From positions 3,331 through 67,330 of the forward strand of contig CAZZIG010000016.1 of the NCBI GenBank assembly GCA_964653975.1: a stretch of DNA of 64,000 nucleotides. The letters are read 5' to 3'. The notes beneath the pieces are model-generated. The model saw only the letters and a program-made list of their open reading frames with translations, did no database searches and was not told the origin of the DNA. Positions 8,919 to 18,129 of the stretch are shown here, one piece after another. Both the position numbers and the translations under genes were made by a program. Within the stretch, counting starts at the first letter, position 1; each line of letters opens with the position of its first letter. The stretch comes from an uncultured Acidimicrobiaceae bacterium. GTDB lineage: Bacteria > Actinomycetota > Acidimicrobiia > Spongiisociales > ZC4RG35.

Positions 8919-9768
8919 GGTTGCCTACGGGGTAGCCACCTCCCACACCCCTTCGATCGGAGTGGCGATCGACAAGGACCGCGAGGAGGAGCCCTACTGG
9001 GCTCCGCTGTTCCAGGGATACGAGGCCGGCCGGAAGTGGATGGCCGACGCCGACCCCGACGTCATCATCCTCGCCTACAACGACCACGCCTCGGCGTTCG
9101 ACCTCGACCTCATCCCCACCTTCGCCCTCGGCGTCGCCGACGAGTTCCCCATTGCCGACGAGGGATACGGGCCGCGCCCGGTTCCGGTGGTCGAAGGTCA
9201 CGCCGAGCTCGCCTGGCATCTCGCCGAGAACCTGATCCTCGACGGTTTCGACATGACGATCTGCAACCACATGCCCGTCGATCACGGGCTCACGGTGCCG
9301 CTCTCGATCATGTACGGCAAGCCGGATAGGTGGCCGGCGAAGGTGATCCCCCTGGCGGTCAACGTGATCCAATACCCGCCACCCACAGGGAAACGCTGCT
9401 GGGATCTGGGACAGGCGATCCGGCGCATCGTCCACGACTTCGACCATGACCTGAAGGTCGCAGTGTTCGGGACCGGAGGGATGTCGCACCAACTCCAGGG
9501 TGAGCGGGCGGGATGGGTCAACACCCCCTTCGACAAGGACTTCCTCGACAGGCTGGTCGACGATCCCCTCGCCCTGACGACGATCTCACACACCCAACTG
9601 CTGTCCGATGCCGGGTCGGAGGGGATCGAGTTGGTGATGTGGCTCATCATGAGGGGTGCCCTCGGCATGAACGTGAGAGAAGTCCACCGCCACTACCACG
9701 TGCCCGCCTCCAACACCGCCGCCGGGCTGATGATCCTCGAGTCCGAAGAGCACACCGCTTTTCTCTGA
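8911..9768 (+). CDS. ligB: Protocatechuate 4,5-dioxygenase beta (catalytic) subunit, type II extradiol dioxygenase
   Basis: GTG start overlapping the ligA stop by 8 nt. VATSHTPSIG, LAYNDHASAF, MPVDHGLTVP and VFGTGGMSHQL are LigB-family motifs. Confidence 0.92.
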   Translation: MAEVAYGVATSHTPSIGVAIDKDREEEPYWAPLFQGYEAGRKWMADADPDVIILAYNDHASAFDLDLIPTFALGVADEFPIADEGYGPRPVPVVEGHAELAWHLAENLILDGFDMTICNHMPVDHGLTVPLSIMYGKPDRWPAKVIPLAVNVIQYPPPTGKRCWDLGQAIRRIVHDFDHDLKVAVFGTGGMSHQLQGERAGWVNTPFDKDFLDRLVDDPLALTTISHTQLLSDAGSEGIELVMWLIMRGALGMNVREVHRHYHVPASNTAAGLMILESEEHTAFL

Positions 9769-9772
9769 GACG

Positions 9773-10825
9773 ATGAGCCAGGGCGTCCGCTGCATGATCA
9801 TGCGTGGGGGCACCTCCAAGGGCGTCTTCTTCGTCGAGAGCGACCTCCCCTCCGAAGTCGCCGAGAGGGATCGGTTGCTGATGCAGATCATGGGCACGCC
9901 CGACGCTCGACAGATCGACGGCATCGGGGGAGCGCACCCGCTCACTTCCAAGGTGGCTGTCGTCTCGTCTTCCGACGCCGATGATATCGATGTCGAGTAC
10001 CTGTTCCTCCAACTGGGTGTGAACGAGGCCTTCGTCACCGATCGTCAAAACTGTGGGAACCTGCTCGCTGCCATCGGTCCCTTTGCTCTGGAGAGAGGAC
10101 TCGTCTCGGTCGCGGATGGCAGAGCGTCGGTGAGGATCCGCATGCGCAACACGGGTGGGATGGCGGTGGCCCACTTCCCGGTCCAGGACGGCATGCCGGT
10201 CTACTCGGGCGAGACTGCGATCTCCGGCGTGCCGGGGTCCGGCGCCGAGATCGCCATCGACTTCCTCGACATCGCGGGAGGGAGCACCGGCTCGCTGCTC
10301 CCCACCGGGAACGTCGCCGACGTCGTCGGCGGTGTCGAGGCAACCCTCGTCGACAACGGGATGCCGGTGGTGGTGATGCGGGCCGATGCCTTGGAGGTGA
10401 CCGGATATGAGAGTTGCTCCGAGTTGGAGTCGAACGAACCGCTACGAGCCAGGTTGGAGGAGATCCGTCTCGAGTCGGGGCAGATGATGGGTCTGGGAGA
10501 CGTGGCCGATGCGACCATTCCCAAGCTGACCCTGGTGTCCCCTCCCAAGGCCGGAGGCAGTGTCTCGACCAGGACCTTCATCCCGCGTCGCTGCCACGAT
10601 GCCATCGGTGTGCTCGGGGCGGTCTCGGTGGCCACGGCCTGCATCCTCGAAGGGACACCGGCCAGCGAGGTGTCCGAAGTCGTGTCTTCGCTCGTCACCT
10701 TGGAGCACCCCACCGGCTCCTTCGAGACACGGGTCGAGGTCGAGGGCACCGAGGTTCGCCGCGCCGGGATCGTGCGCACCGCCCGCAAGCTGATGGACGG
10801 TGTCGTCTACCCCCGGGTGTATTGA
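9773..10825 (+). CDS. ligU: PrpF-family isomerase, 4-oxalomesaconate tautomerase/isomerase (GalD/LigU-like)
   Basis: MRGGTSKGVFF near the N-terminus and NCGNLLAAIGPFA are signatures of the PrpF/AcnD-accessory family. It lies between ligB and ligI. Confidence 0.8.
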   Translation: MSQGVRCMIMRGGTSKGVFFVESDLPSEVAERDRLLMQIMGTPDARQIDGIGGAHPLTSKVAVVSSSDADDIDVEYLFLQLGVNEAFVTDRQNCGNLLAAIGPFALERGLVSVADGRASVRIRMRNTGGMAVAHFPVQDGMPVYSGETAISGVPGSGAEIAIDFLDIAGGSTGSLLPTGNVADVVGGVEATLVDNGMPVVVMRADALEVTGYESCSELESNEPLRARLEEIRLESGQMMGLGDVADATIPKLTLVSPPKAGGSVSTRTFIPRRCHDAIGVLGAVSVATACILEGTPASEVSEVVSSLVTLEHPTGSFETRVEVEGTEVRRAGIVRTARKLMDGVVYPRVY

Positions 10826-11704
10826 GTGTCGCCACCGACCATCCCGGGCCCGAAACGCCATCCCCACCCGCCGACACGGTTCACGCCGCCTCCGGGTTCA
10901 TGCGACGCCCACTGTCACATCTTCGGGCCTGCCGCACGGTTCCCCTTCGCCCCCGACCGCACCTACACACCACCCGACTCCGGATACGAGGAGTTCCAGG
11001 AACTGCAGAAGGGTCTCGGGCTGTCCCGGGCCGTCTTCGTGCAGGCCTCCTGTCACGGGACCGACAACCGGGCGATGCTCGACGCACTGGAGCGAGGCGA
11101 GGGTCGTTATGCCGGAGTGGCGATGATCGACGAGACCCACACCGACGCCGACCTCGCCCACATGCACCGGCTGGGTGTGCGTGGGATCCGGTTCAACTTC
11201 GTCGGCCATCTCGGTGTGGCGCCAGACGCGGGACGCCTCGATGCCCTGGTCGAGCGGGTGGCTCCACTCGGCTGGCATCTCGAGCTCCACTTCGACGCCA
11301 GGGATCTGCCCGGCCACGCCGAGCTCCTCGCAAGTCTCCGCGTGCCGTTCATCATCGACCACATGGCGCGGGTCGACGCCGCCGCAGGCATCGACCAGGA
11401 GTCGTTCCGGTTTCTCCTCGACCTCCTCGCCACCAACCCGAGGTCGTGGACGAAGATCTCCGGGGCGGAACGGCTGACGGCTGGTGACGGACCTCCCTAC
11501 GACGACGTGGTTCCCTTCGCCCGGTCGATCGTCGAGGTCGCCCCGGATCGGGTTCTGTGGGGCACCGACTGGCCCCACCCCAACGTCCGGCACATGCCCG
11601 ACGACGGCGACCTCCTCGACACGCTCGCCGACCTGGTCCCCGACGAGGCGACCCGCAACCGGATCCTCGTCGACAACCCGACCGTCCTCTACGACTTCAT
11701 CTGA
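10826..11704 (+). CDS. ligI: 2-pyrone-4,6-dicarboxylate hydrolase (amidohydrolase superfamily)
   Basis: GTG start directly after the upstream stop. SCDAHCHIFGPAARFPF, IDHMARVD and WGTDWPHPN are the characteristic LigI motifs. Confidence 0.85.
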   Translation: MSPPTIPGPKRHPHPPTRFTPPPGSCDAHCHIFGPAARFPFAPDRTYTPPDSGYEEFQELQKGLGLSRAVFVQASCHGTDNRAMLDALERGEGRYAGVAMIDETHTDADLAHMHRLGVRGIRFNFVGHLGVAPDAGRLDALVERVAPLGWHLELHFDARDLPGHAELLASLRVPFIIDHMARVDAAAGIDQESFRFLLDLLATNPRSWTKISGAERLTAGDGPPYDDVVPFARSIVEVAPDRVLWGTDWPHPNVRHMPDDGDLLDTLADLVPDEATRNRILVDNPTVLYDFI

Positions 11705-13260
11705 TGGCGGACACCTATCCGGTCGTGATCGTCGGTGGAGGGCCCGTGGGCATGGGTCTCGCCCTGGACCTGGGGAGGAGAGGTGTCGAGTGCCTGGTCG
11801 TCGAGCGGAATCCGGTGCCCCGACGCATACCCAAGGGGCAGAACCTGACCCAGCGGACCATGGAGCACTTTGCCTTCTGGGGTGTGGAGGAGGAGGTGAG
11901 GGCGGCGAGGCGAATGCCCGACGGATACCCCAACTCGGGTGTCACCGCCTACCGGAACCTCACCAGTGACTACTCCTACCCCTGGTGGCGGCGGAGCATG
12001 GTCGCCGAGTACTACTCGAGACCGAACGAGCGCATCCCCCAATACGAGACGGAACGTGTCCTACGCCAGGCAGTCGCCGGGCTCGACCAGGTTCAGGTTC
12101 GATACGGCTGGTCGGGCGAGGGTCTGGACGGGAATGCCGTCCGCCTCGTTGACCGGGACACCGGCGATGAGTCGTTGGTGGAAGCTGACTTCGTGGTCGG
12201 TTGCGACGGCAGCCATTCCACCATCCGGGAGTTGGCGGATATCTCGGAGATCATGTCCGACCACGACCGTCGCATGGTCCTTCTGGTCTTCCGGTCACCG
12301 CAACTGAATCGGGTCCTCGAGCGTTTTGGTGAGGCTTCGTTCTTCAACATCATGGACCCCAGCCTGGACGGCTACTGGCGGTTCCTGGGGCGTGTCGACG
12401 GTGCGGGGGAGTTCTTCTTCCATTCCCCGGTACCCGTTGATGCCGACCACGAGAACTTCGACTTCGCCGGGTTGCTCCAGGCCTCTGTGGGAGGGGCCGA
12501 ATTCGAGGTCGACTTCGACTACATCGGGTTTTGGGATCTGCGTTTCGCCGTGGCCGACCCCTACCGGAAAGACGCCGTCTTCGTGGCCGGTGACGCCGCC
12601 CACAGCCATCCCCCATATGGGGGCTACGGGATCAACACCGGGTTCGAGGACGTCAGGAACCTGGCCTGGAAGCTGGCCGCCTGGTTCGATGGGTGGGGGA
12701 GCGATGCGTTGTTCGACTCGTACGGGGCGGAGCGTCAGCCCGTCTTCCGCTCGACGGCTTCGGATTTCATCGAGAAGATGATCGACTCGCAACGGGAGTT
12801 TCTCTCCGCTCACGACCCCGAGCGAGACCTGGCCGACTTCGAGACGGCCTGGGAGAGGCGGAGGAAGAATGCAGCGATGGGAGTGGCCGACTTCGAGCCG
12901 CACTACGAGGGCTCGCCCATCGTCTGGGCGGAGGGCTCCCCCTCGGCGGTTGGCTCTCACGAGCTCACGGCTCGCGCCGGGCATCATCTCTCCCCACGTG
13001 ACGACGTGTTCGAGACACTGGGCGCGGGTTTCACGCTGGTGTCGGTGGGCGGATCGACCGGGTCCGAGAATGCTTTCGCTGCCGCGTCCGACGGGCTGGG
13101 GGTGCCCCTGGAGGTGGTTCGAGCCGACCCGAGCAGTGAGGCCGGCGACTACGGAACCCGACTCGTCCTGGTTCGTCCCGACCACTACGTGAGCTGGGTC
13201 GGCGACGACGTCGACCAAGCGACGGCGCGGGAAGTGCTGACGCGCAGTGTCGGAGGGTGA
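11704..13260 (+). CDS. FAD-dependent aromatic-ring monooxygenase (PheA/TfdB-type with C-terminal thioredoxin-like domain)
   Basis: ORF 11557..13260 trimmed to the ATG at 11704, which overlaps the ligI TGA. Motifs are MADTYPVVIVGGGPVGMGLALDL (GxGxxG), VGCDGSHSTIR (DG motif) and VFVAGDAAHSHPPYGGYGINTGFED (GD motif). Confidence 0.85.
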   Translation: MADTYPVVIVGGGPVGMGLALDLGRRGVECLVVERNPVPRRIPKGQNLTQRTMEHFAFWGVEEEVRAARRMPDGYPNSGVTAYRNLTSDYSYPWWRRSMVAEYYSRPNERIPQYETERVLRQAVAGLDQVQVRYGWSGEGLDGNAVRLVDRDTGDESLVEADFVVGCDGSHSTIRELADISEIMSDHDRRMVLLVFRSPQLNRVLERFGEASFFNIMDPSLDGYWRFLGRVDGAGEFFFHSPVPVDADHENFDFAGLLQASVGGAEFEVDFDYIGFWDLRFAVADPYRKDAVFVAGDAAHSHPPYGGYGINTGFEDVRNLAWKLAAWFDGWGSDALFDSYGAERQPVFRSTASDFIEKMIDSQREFLSAHDPERDLADFETAWERRRKNAAMGVADFEPHYEGSPIVWAEGSPSAVGSHELTARAGHHLSPRDDVFETLGAGFTLVSVGGSTGSENAFAAASDGLGVPLEVVRADPSSEAGDYGTRLVLVRPDHYVSWVGDDVDQATAREVLTRSVGG

Positions 13261-13321
13261 CGGTCGCTGTCGATAGCCATCGTGGGCCGGCCCGGTGGGC
13301 GAGTCCTAGCCTTGCCAACCC

Positions 13322-13846
13322 ATGACTCGCGGCATACCTGGTCCGACCGATCGACTTCGCTTTCGTGAATACACGTCCGAGGATCTCGACCTCGTCTCAG
13401 ACCTGTTCAGCGATGGCCAGGCTCGTCAGTTCTATCCGACGATGGCCGACGAGGACCGTTATCGCTCGTGGATCGAGTGGAACCTGGCCAACTATCGCGA
13501 TCACGGATTCGGCTTGTGGGTCATCGAGTTGCTCGAAGGTGCTGCGCCACTGGGAGACTGCGGACTCACCTTCCAGGACGTCGCCGGCAACGAGATGCTC
13601 GAGGTTGGCTATCACCTCGTCGAGGAGCATCGCGGGCTCGGGTACGCCTCCGAAGCAGCCGCAGCCTGTCTCGATTACGCCCTCGAGGTCGTGAGAGTTG
13701 AAACCGTTTGCTCGATCGTCGATCCACGGAATGAGCCATCGATCTCGGTAGCCGCTCGCATCCACGATCAACGGACGTCCTTCATCAACGCTGACGGCGA
13801 AGAGATGCTTCTATTCACAACCGAGCGAGCCGATCGCCTCACATAG
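13322..13846 (+). CDS. GNAT-family N-acetyltransferase (RimJ/RimL-like)
   Basis: LRFREYTSEDLDLV, GFGLWVIE and VGYHLVEEHRGLGYASEAAAACLDYA form the typical Acetyltransf_3-like pattern. Confidence 0.8.
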   Translation: MTRGIPGPTDRLRFREYTSEDLDLVSDLFSDGQARQFYPTMADEDRYRSWIEWNLANYRDHGFGLWVIELLEGAAPLGDCGLTFQDVAGNEMLEVGYHLVEEHRGLGYASEAAAACLDYALEVVRVETVCSIVDPRNEPSISVAARIHDQRTSFINADGEEMLLFTTERADRLT

Positions 13847-14033
13847 CCGGTCGTTCCCAGCCACACGCCAAACTGTCGATCTGTCAGGGATCCGTGATCG
13901 AGGTCCGATCATCGTCGCCGTGTCTCGACGAAAACCGCCCTCGAAACGTGAGGACAGTCTGGGTCAGGAGTACTCCGACGAGTTCTGGTTGCCGGGAACG
14001 CCACGACGATCAGGAGGCCCATTTGGTTTCGGC

Positions 14034-14486
14034 CTACGCGTCAGCTGAGACGGCCTCGCGATCGTGTCTCGACCTGGCCACGATCCAGGCGACCCCGGCC
14101 GCAATGAGGGCGTTTGCGCCACCAGCGATCAGCGCCGGGGTTCGGCTCGGTTCGAATGGTTCAGAACCCGAGTACTCGATGCCGATTGGGCTGGTACACA
14201 CGACTGGTGAAAGGGTCTCCTCCCCCGTTGCGAGATTCGAAGAGAACGACTGCGAGCATCCCCACGGGGCAACCAACACGTAGGCGACAAGGAACCCGAG
14301 AAACAGAGCCAGCCCGGGGAGAAACAGCTGCGGTCGGGAGCGGAAAGGACCCAGCACGGCTAAGGCGACCGCCATGAACCAGAAGTACAACCCGACGCTG
14401 AAGATGGTCAACAGTCCCAGAGCAACCAGGACTAGAACGACAAGCCAATATCGAAAGCGAATCCCCCCAAGAGGCGCTGCGTCCAT
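14034..14486 (-). CDS. Hypothetical integral membrane protein (about 4 TM helices)
   Basis: Hydrophobic segments YWLVVLVLVALGLLTIFSVGLYFWFMAVALAVLGPF, LFLPGLALFLGFLVAYVLVAPW and ALIAGGANALIAAGVAWIVA. The ORF on the opposite strand has no such structure. Confidence 0.5.
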   Translation of the reverse strand: MDAAPLGGIRFRYWLVVLVLVALGLLTIFSVGLYFWFMAVALAVLGPFRSRPQLFLPGLALFLGFLVAYVLVAPWGCSQSFSSNLATGEETLSPVVCTSPIGIEYSGSEPFEPSRTPALIAGGANALIAAGVAWIVARSRHDREAVSADA

Positions 14487-14592
14487 GCCCTCATTGTGTC
14501 TTTCTCAGCCTGAAAGCGCTATCTAGTGGGGACATCGGTTTGAAAGGCCATGGTGCAACGTTTCGGGTATTGCTGTGCATCTGTACTCGTAG

Positions 14593-15099
14593 ATGGCTGA
14601 TGAGGATGAGTCTTTGACTTCCGATGTGCGTGCGAAGCTCATGTCGGACTCGCTTGTCGAGGAGCTGTATCGCCGGGAACGGGCCGGTCTCGTCCGGCTT
14701 GCCTTGCTGGTGATCGGCTCGAGGACGGTTGCCGAGGATGTCGTTCAAGAGTCGTTTCTGAGACTGCGGTCGGCGGCTATGGAGTTGACGGACCCGGTCA
14801 AGTATCTGCGGAGGATCGTTCTGAACGAGGCTCGTCAGGTTCTTCGGCGCCGTGAGATCGAGCGACGCCACGCCACTGCCGATCAGGGAATCGTATTGCC
14901 GCCTGAGCACCATGAGACGTGGCGGCTTCTGGAGGGGGTGTCTGAGAATCGGCGTGTTGCGTTGGTGCTCCGTTACTACGAAGACCTCCCATTCTCCGAA
15001 ATCGCCCGTCTCATGGATTGCAGGGAGAGCACCGCGAGATCACTTGTCCATCGCGGCCTGAAGAGTCTGAGGAGGAAGCTCGATGCCGACCATGACTGA
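14593..15099 (+). CDS. ECF-type RNA polymerase sigma-70 family factor (module 1)
   Basis: Region 2 is VAEDVVQESFLRL. Region 4 HTH is DLPFSEIARLMDCRESTARSLVHRGLKSLRRKL. Confidence 0.88.
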   Translation: MADEDESLTSDVRAKLMSDSLVEELYRRERAGLVRLALLVIGSRTVAEDVVQESFLRLRSAAMELTDPVKYLRRIVLNEARQVLRRREIERRHATADQGIVLPPEHHETWRLLEGVSENRRVALVLRYYEDLPFSEIARLMDCRESTARSLVHRGLKSLRRKLDADHD

Positions 15100-16336
15100 G
15101 ACCGAAGAGCGTTTGCGGGCGACATTTCATGCGGTGGCGTCGTCCGTTCATCAATCCGAGTCCGGCGCTGTTGATGCGCCTAGCGCGATTACACCGACGA
15201 CTGTTCCTCCGACTCCAGTCCAGCTACGCCGGGCCCGCCGTCGCAGGCCGCCCCTCTTGGTGTTCGCTGCAAGATTTCTCGCCGTTCTGATGGTCGGCGC
15301 CATCACCGTGCTCACCGGGGGAATCGAATTTGGTGGTGACTTGGACCAACCTGTCGAGCCAGGTGCGTCGTCCGATTCGGTGCCGGCCACCACGGTTACG
15401 CCACCGGGCGATGAAAGCAGTCTGGGTACGAGACAGCTCGTCGAGCCGTCCGCAACCGCCGAATTCTGGGCCCAAACTCTGGCCGGGTGGGTCGACACGG
15501 TGAGTCGGATGGACACGCTGGGTCCCGACACTCCCGAGCCAGAGGCCCAAGTCGTCGAATCCAGCCAGATAGGAAATCCCTTCGGAGAAGGTGGATCGAT
15601 GGCTGCGACTGTCGTCACCGCAGATGGTCAGCTGACTGTCAGAGCGGAGTATCGGGGACGTGGCGAGACCGTCGACGAGGAGGCCTTCCAAGCCGAGATA
15701 GCCGAGTTGACCGCCGACGGGACCACGGAGTATGTCGACACCATCTGGCACTCCCCGGACGCCGATCCGGAGTCGACCAACAGCGCAGTGCAGGCCGAAT
15801 ACTTCCGCACCGAGTTGGGGTCCGCGTCGACCCGGGTGACGGTGTTGACCGCGATGGGACGGTTGGTGGTCGAAGTCGAAGCGACCGACGCCTCACTCCT
15901 CTTCAACCAGGACCAGCTGATTGGCATCGCCAGCGGCATGACCGGCACATCTCTCGACCTCACCTGGAATCCAGCCCACCCGCTCACCACGGAGGTGGAG
16001 CCGGTGCCTGAGCCCACAGCAGACGACTGGATCGCACTCGATTACGACCTCTGGGTCGCAACCGTGATTGACGGTGAACGTGACCGCCTCTGGGTCGAGA
16101 CCGATATCCAGGAACCCACCCCGGCCCCTTCCTCCGACACGCGATCCCTCCATGCCTACGCGGGAACTGACTTCGTGGTCATCGTCATCGGAGATCCAGT
16201 GCCAGAAACCATCACCGTCAACTGGGACGACGGAAGCAGCGAAACGGTCGAACTCACCTGGAACACCGAGCTCGACATGGGCTTCGCACGATTCGACAAC
16301 AACGAATCCCAAGTGCTCTCCGTCGACGGGCCCTAG
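15083..16336 (+). CDS. Single-pass membrane protein coupled to ECF sigma (putative anti-sigma/partner), extracytoplasmic domain unknown
   Basis: The start (GGAGGAAG 6 nt upstream) overlaps the sigma gene by 17 nt. A cytoplasmic N-terminus EERLRATFHAVASSV is followed by the basic stretch RRARRRRPP and the TM LLVFAARFLAVLMVGAITVLTGG. No zf-HC2 motif is seen. Confidence 0.6.
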   Translation: MPTMTETEERLRATFHAVASSVHQSESGAVDAPSAITPTTVPPTPVQLRRARRRRPPLLVFAARFLAVLMVGAITVLTGGIEFGGDLDQPVEPGASSDSVPATTVTPPGDESSLGTRQLVEPSATAEFWAQTLAGWVDTVSRMDTLGPDTPEPEAQVVESSQIGNPFGEGGSMAATVVTADGQLTVRAEYRGRGETVDEEAFQAEIAELTADGTTEYVDTIWHSPDADPESTNSAVQAEYFRTELGSASTRVTVLTAMGRLVVEVEATDASLLFNQDQLIGIASGMTGTSLDLTWNPAHPLTTEVEPVPEPTADDWIALDYDLWVATVIDGERDRLWVETDIQEPTPAPSSDTRSLHAYAGTDFVVIVIGDPVPETITVNWDDGSSETVELTWNTELDMGFARFDNNESQVLSVDGP

Positions 16337-16360
16337 ATCGAACACCGACTGTGATCGGCG

Positions 16361-16540
16361 CTAGCTGAGCTCGAACGTCCCATACGCAAGTCCTATCCCA
16401 ATCAGAGCTGAGATGATCCCAAGCACCAAGTAGTCGAGGGCGGCAGCCGCCACGACTCCAAAGATGAAGAGAGCGACGGCGAGAACCCCACCGACGAAGA
16501 CAAGGCTCCTCGGCCGCCAACATCCAGGGCGGGAACTCAT
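16361..16540 (-). CDS. Possible small two-TM membrane protein (59 aa)
   Basis: The C-terminal part of ORF 16361..16759, from the internal ATG at 16540, reads MSSRPGCWRPRSLVFVGGVLAVALFIFGVVAAAALDYLVLGIISALIGIGLAYGTFELS. The upstream part of the ORF is low-complexity. Confidence 0.35.
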   Translation of the reverse strand: MSSRPGCWRPRSLVFVGGVLAVALFIFGVVAAAALDYLVLGIISALIGIGLAYGTFELS

Positions 16541-16601
16541 TCGAGTGAGATCCGGCAATCCCAGGCGGCAAGAGATTTTCCCTATACCGTTCACAACCCT
16601 C

Positions 16602-16645
16602 TTGTTTCTGTCTGGGGCTGTTCGTATAGTCGAACATATGTTCGA
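16602..16645 (+). promoter_or_regulatory. Promoter (TTGTTT-N17-TATAGT) for a leaderless transcript with an overlapping perfect LexA/SOS box TCGAACATATGTTCGA
   Basis: -35 TTGTTT is at 16602-16607, followed by a 17-nt spacer and -10 TATAGT at 16625-16630. The ATG at 16638 lies 7 nt after the -10. The 16-bp perfect palindrome at 16630-16645 matches the actinobacterial/Gram-positive SOS box TCGAAC-N4-GTTCGA. Confidence 0.6.
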
Positions 16646-18003
16646 TATGGATGCTGTTTGGGTCGGGTTTCCGGCGGGGGAGGCGGAACTGTCGAGCGGG
16701 TGGGGCGATGTCGAATGCGACGAGTTGGCCTGGTTGGTGACGGTGGACGAGTGGAACACCGGTTGGGTCGATGAGGGCCGTCAGGTTCTCCCTGATCTGG
16801 ATTCGATCCCTGCGGGCCCGTTCCTCTCAGCGGTTGTTTCCGGGGTGGACCGGTCTCGGCTCAATGGTTTTGATCTGGTCTGTTTGCTTAGGGCGCGGGA
16901 ACGTCTGGTTGCACATGTTCAGGCGGATGCGTTTGCTGATACCCATGAGATTGCTTATGCGGCTCCGGGAGATGCTGGTTCGAATGTCGAGCGTCTAGGG
17001 GAGCCTTCTGAGTTTGCGGCGGACGAGTTACGACCGGCGTTGAGGTTGACTCGTCGTGGTGCGGAGGTGCGGATGGGGTTGGCTTTCGATTTGAGAGAGC
17101 GCCTACCCCGAGTGTGGGAGATGCTGTCTGATGGGGTCGTCGACCTTGGCCGGATGCGGGTGATTGTCAACGGGACCGCTCATCTCGACTACGACCAAGC
17201 CCGACGGGTGGTCGACGTGGTCGCCGACCGGGCAGCCAAACTCACCACCGGGCAGTTGGCGGCGTGGATACGAAGACTCTGTGTCGAATCCGACCCCGAA
17301 AAAGCCGGACAGCGGCAACGACACGCCAAAGATGACCGGAGACTGTGGATCGAAGCCACGGTCGATGGCACCGCCAACCTCCACCTGTTCGACATCGACG
17401 TTGCCGACGCCCGGGCGGTGGGGAAACGGGTCAATGCCCACATGATTTCGCTGCGCAAAGACGGCGACGACCGGTCGCATGACAATCTCAGAGCTGACAT
17501 CACAGTCGACTTGTTGTTGGGTTCTGACCCCACCAACCGTGGCCGTGGTCTCCTCGACATGAAAGTGTCCATGGCCACCCTCGCCGGATTAGACGACAAA
17601 GCCGCAGAAATCCCCGGACTGGGACCAGTCATCGCCGATGTGGCCCGCAACGGCGGACCGGCATCCCCACGCTCTGTGGCAGGCCACCATCACCGACGAC
17701 CAAGACAACATCGTCGACGTGGTCACCACCAGACGTCGACCCACCAAAACCATCTCCCGTATGGTCGACGCCATCCAGCCGACCTGTGCGTTCCCCGGAT
17801 GCCGGGTCCCCGCAGCCGACTGTGATTTCGATCATCTCCTCCCCGTCGTCCAAGGAGGCGAAACCTCGACCCGCAACGGCGGACCCAAATGCCGCCACGA
17901 CCACATCCTCAAAGACAACCGATGGACACACCAACGGACCAACGGCCAAGACATTTGGACCAGCCCACTCGGCCACACCTACACCACCGAAAAACCCCCC
18001 TAA
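16638..18003 (+). pseudogene. DUF222 + HNH endonuclease (REP13E12-like) gene interrupted by a +1 frameshift near 17644-17659
   Basis: Frame 0 (16638 onwards) reads MFDMDAVWVGFPAGE...LDSIPAGPFLSAVVSGVDRSRLNGFDLVCLLRARERLVAHVQA...AAEIPGLGPVIADVAR, the DUF222 pattern. Frame +1 (17638..18003) reads HPHALWQATITDD...CAFPGCRVPAADCDFDHLLPVVQGGETSTRNGGPKCRHDHILKDNRW, an HNH motif with CxxC and C..H zinc ligands. The two halves are in different frames. Confidence 0.8.
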
Positions 18004-18129
18004 CCACAACCCACACTTCCCCTCAACCCTCCCGCCGAAACCACGACACCCCATCCGCAGACCGCGGCGTGTTCCCATGATCAAATCGGCAGCCTTCTCC
18101 CGCCACCCTCATCACCGGGGCGTAGCCAG

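Noticed and set aside
13261-14033. Search for a direct repeat of the tRNA-Arg 3' half (att site) and for an integrase at the left edge of the island
   Set aside because: Reading the region by eye found no match to TGCCCCCGGCAGGACTCGAACC or its complement, and no recombinase-like ORF anywhere in 13-27.5 kb. A degenerate att site cannot be excluded without an alignment tool.
14553-14559. Shared heptamer GTGCAAC upstream of both ECF sigma genes (14553 and 23536) and again at 52215, considered as an ECF promoter -35 element
   Set aside because: A 7-mer is expected several times by chance in 64 kb. Distances to the start codons differ (34 versus 23 nt), and no matching -10 (CGT-type) element lies at a proper spacing.
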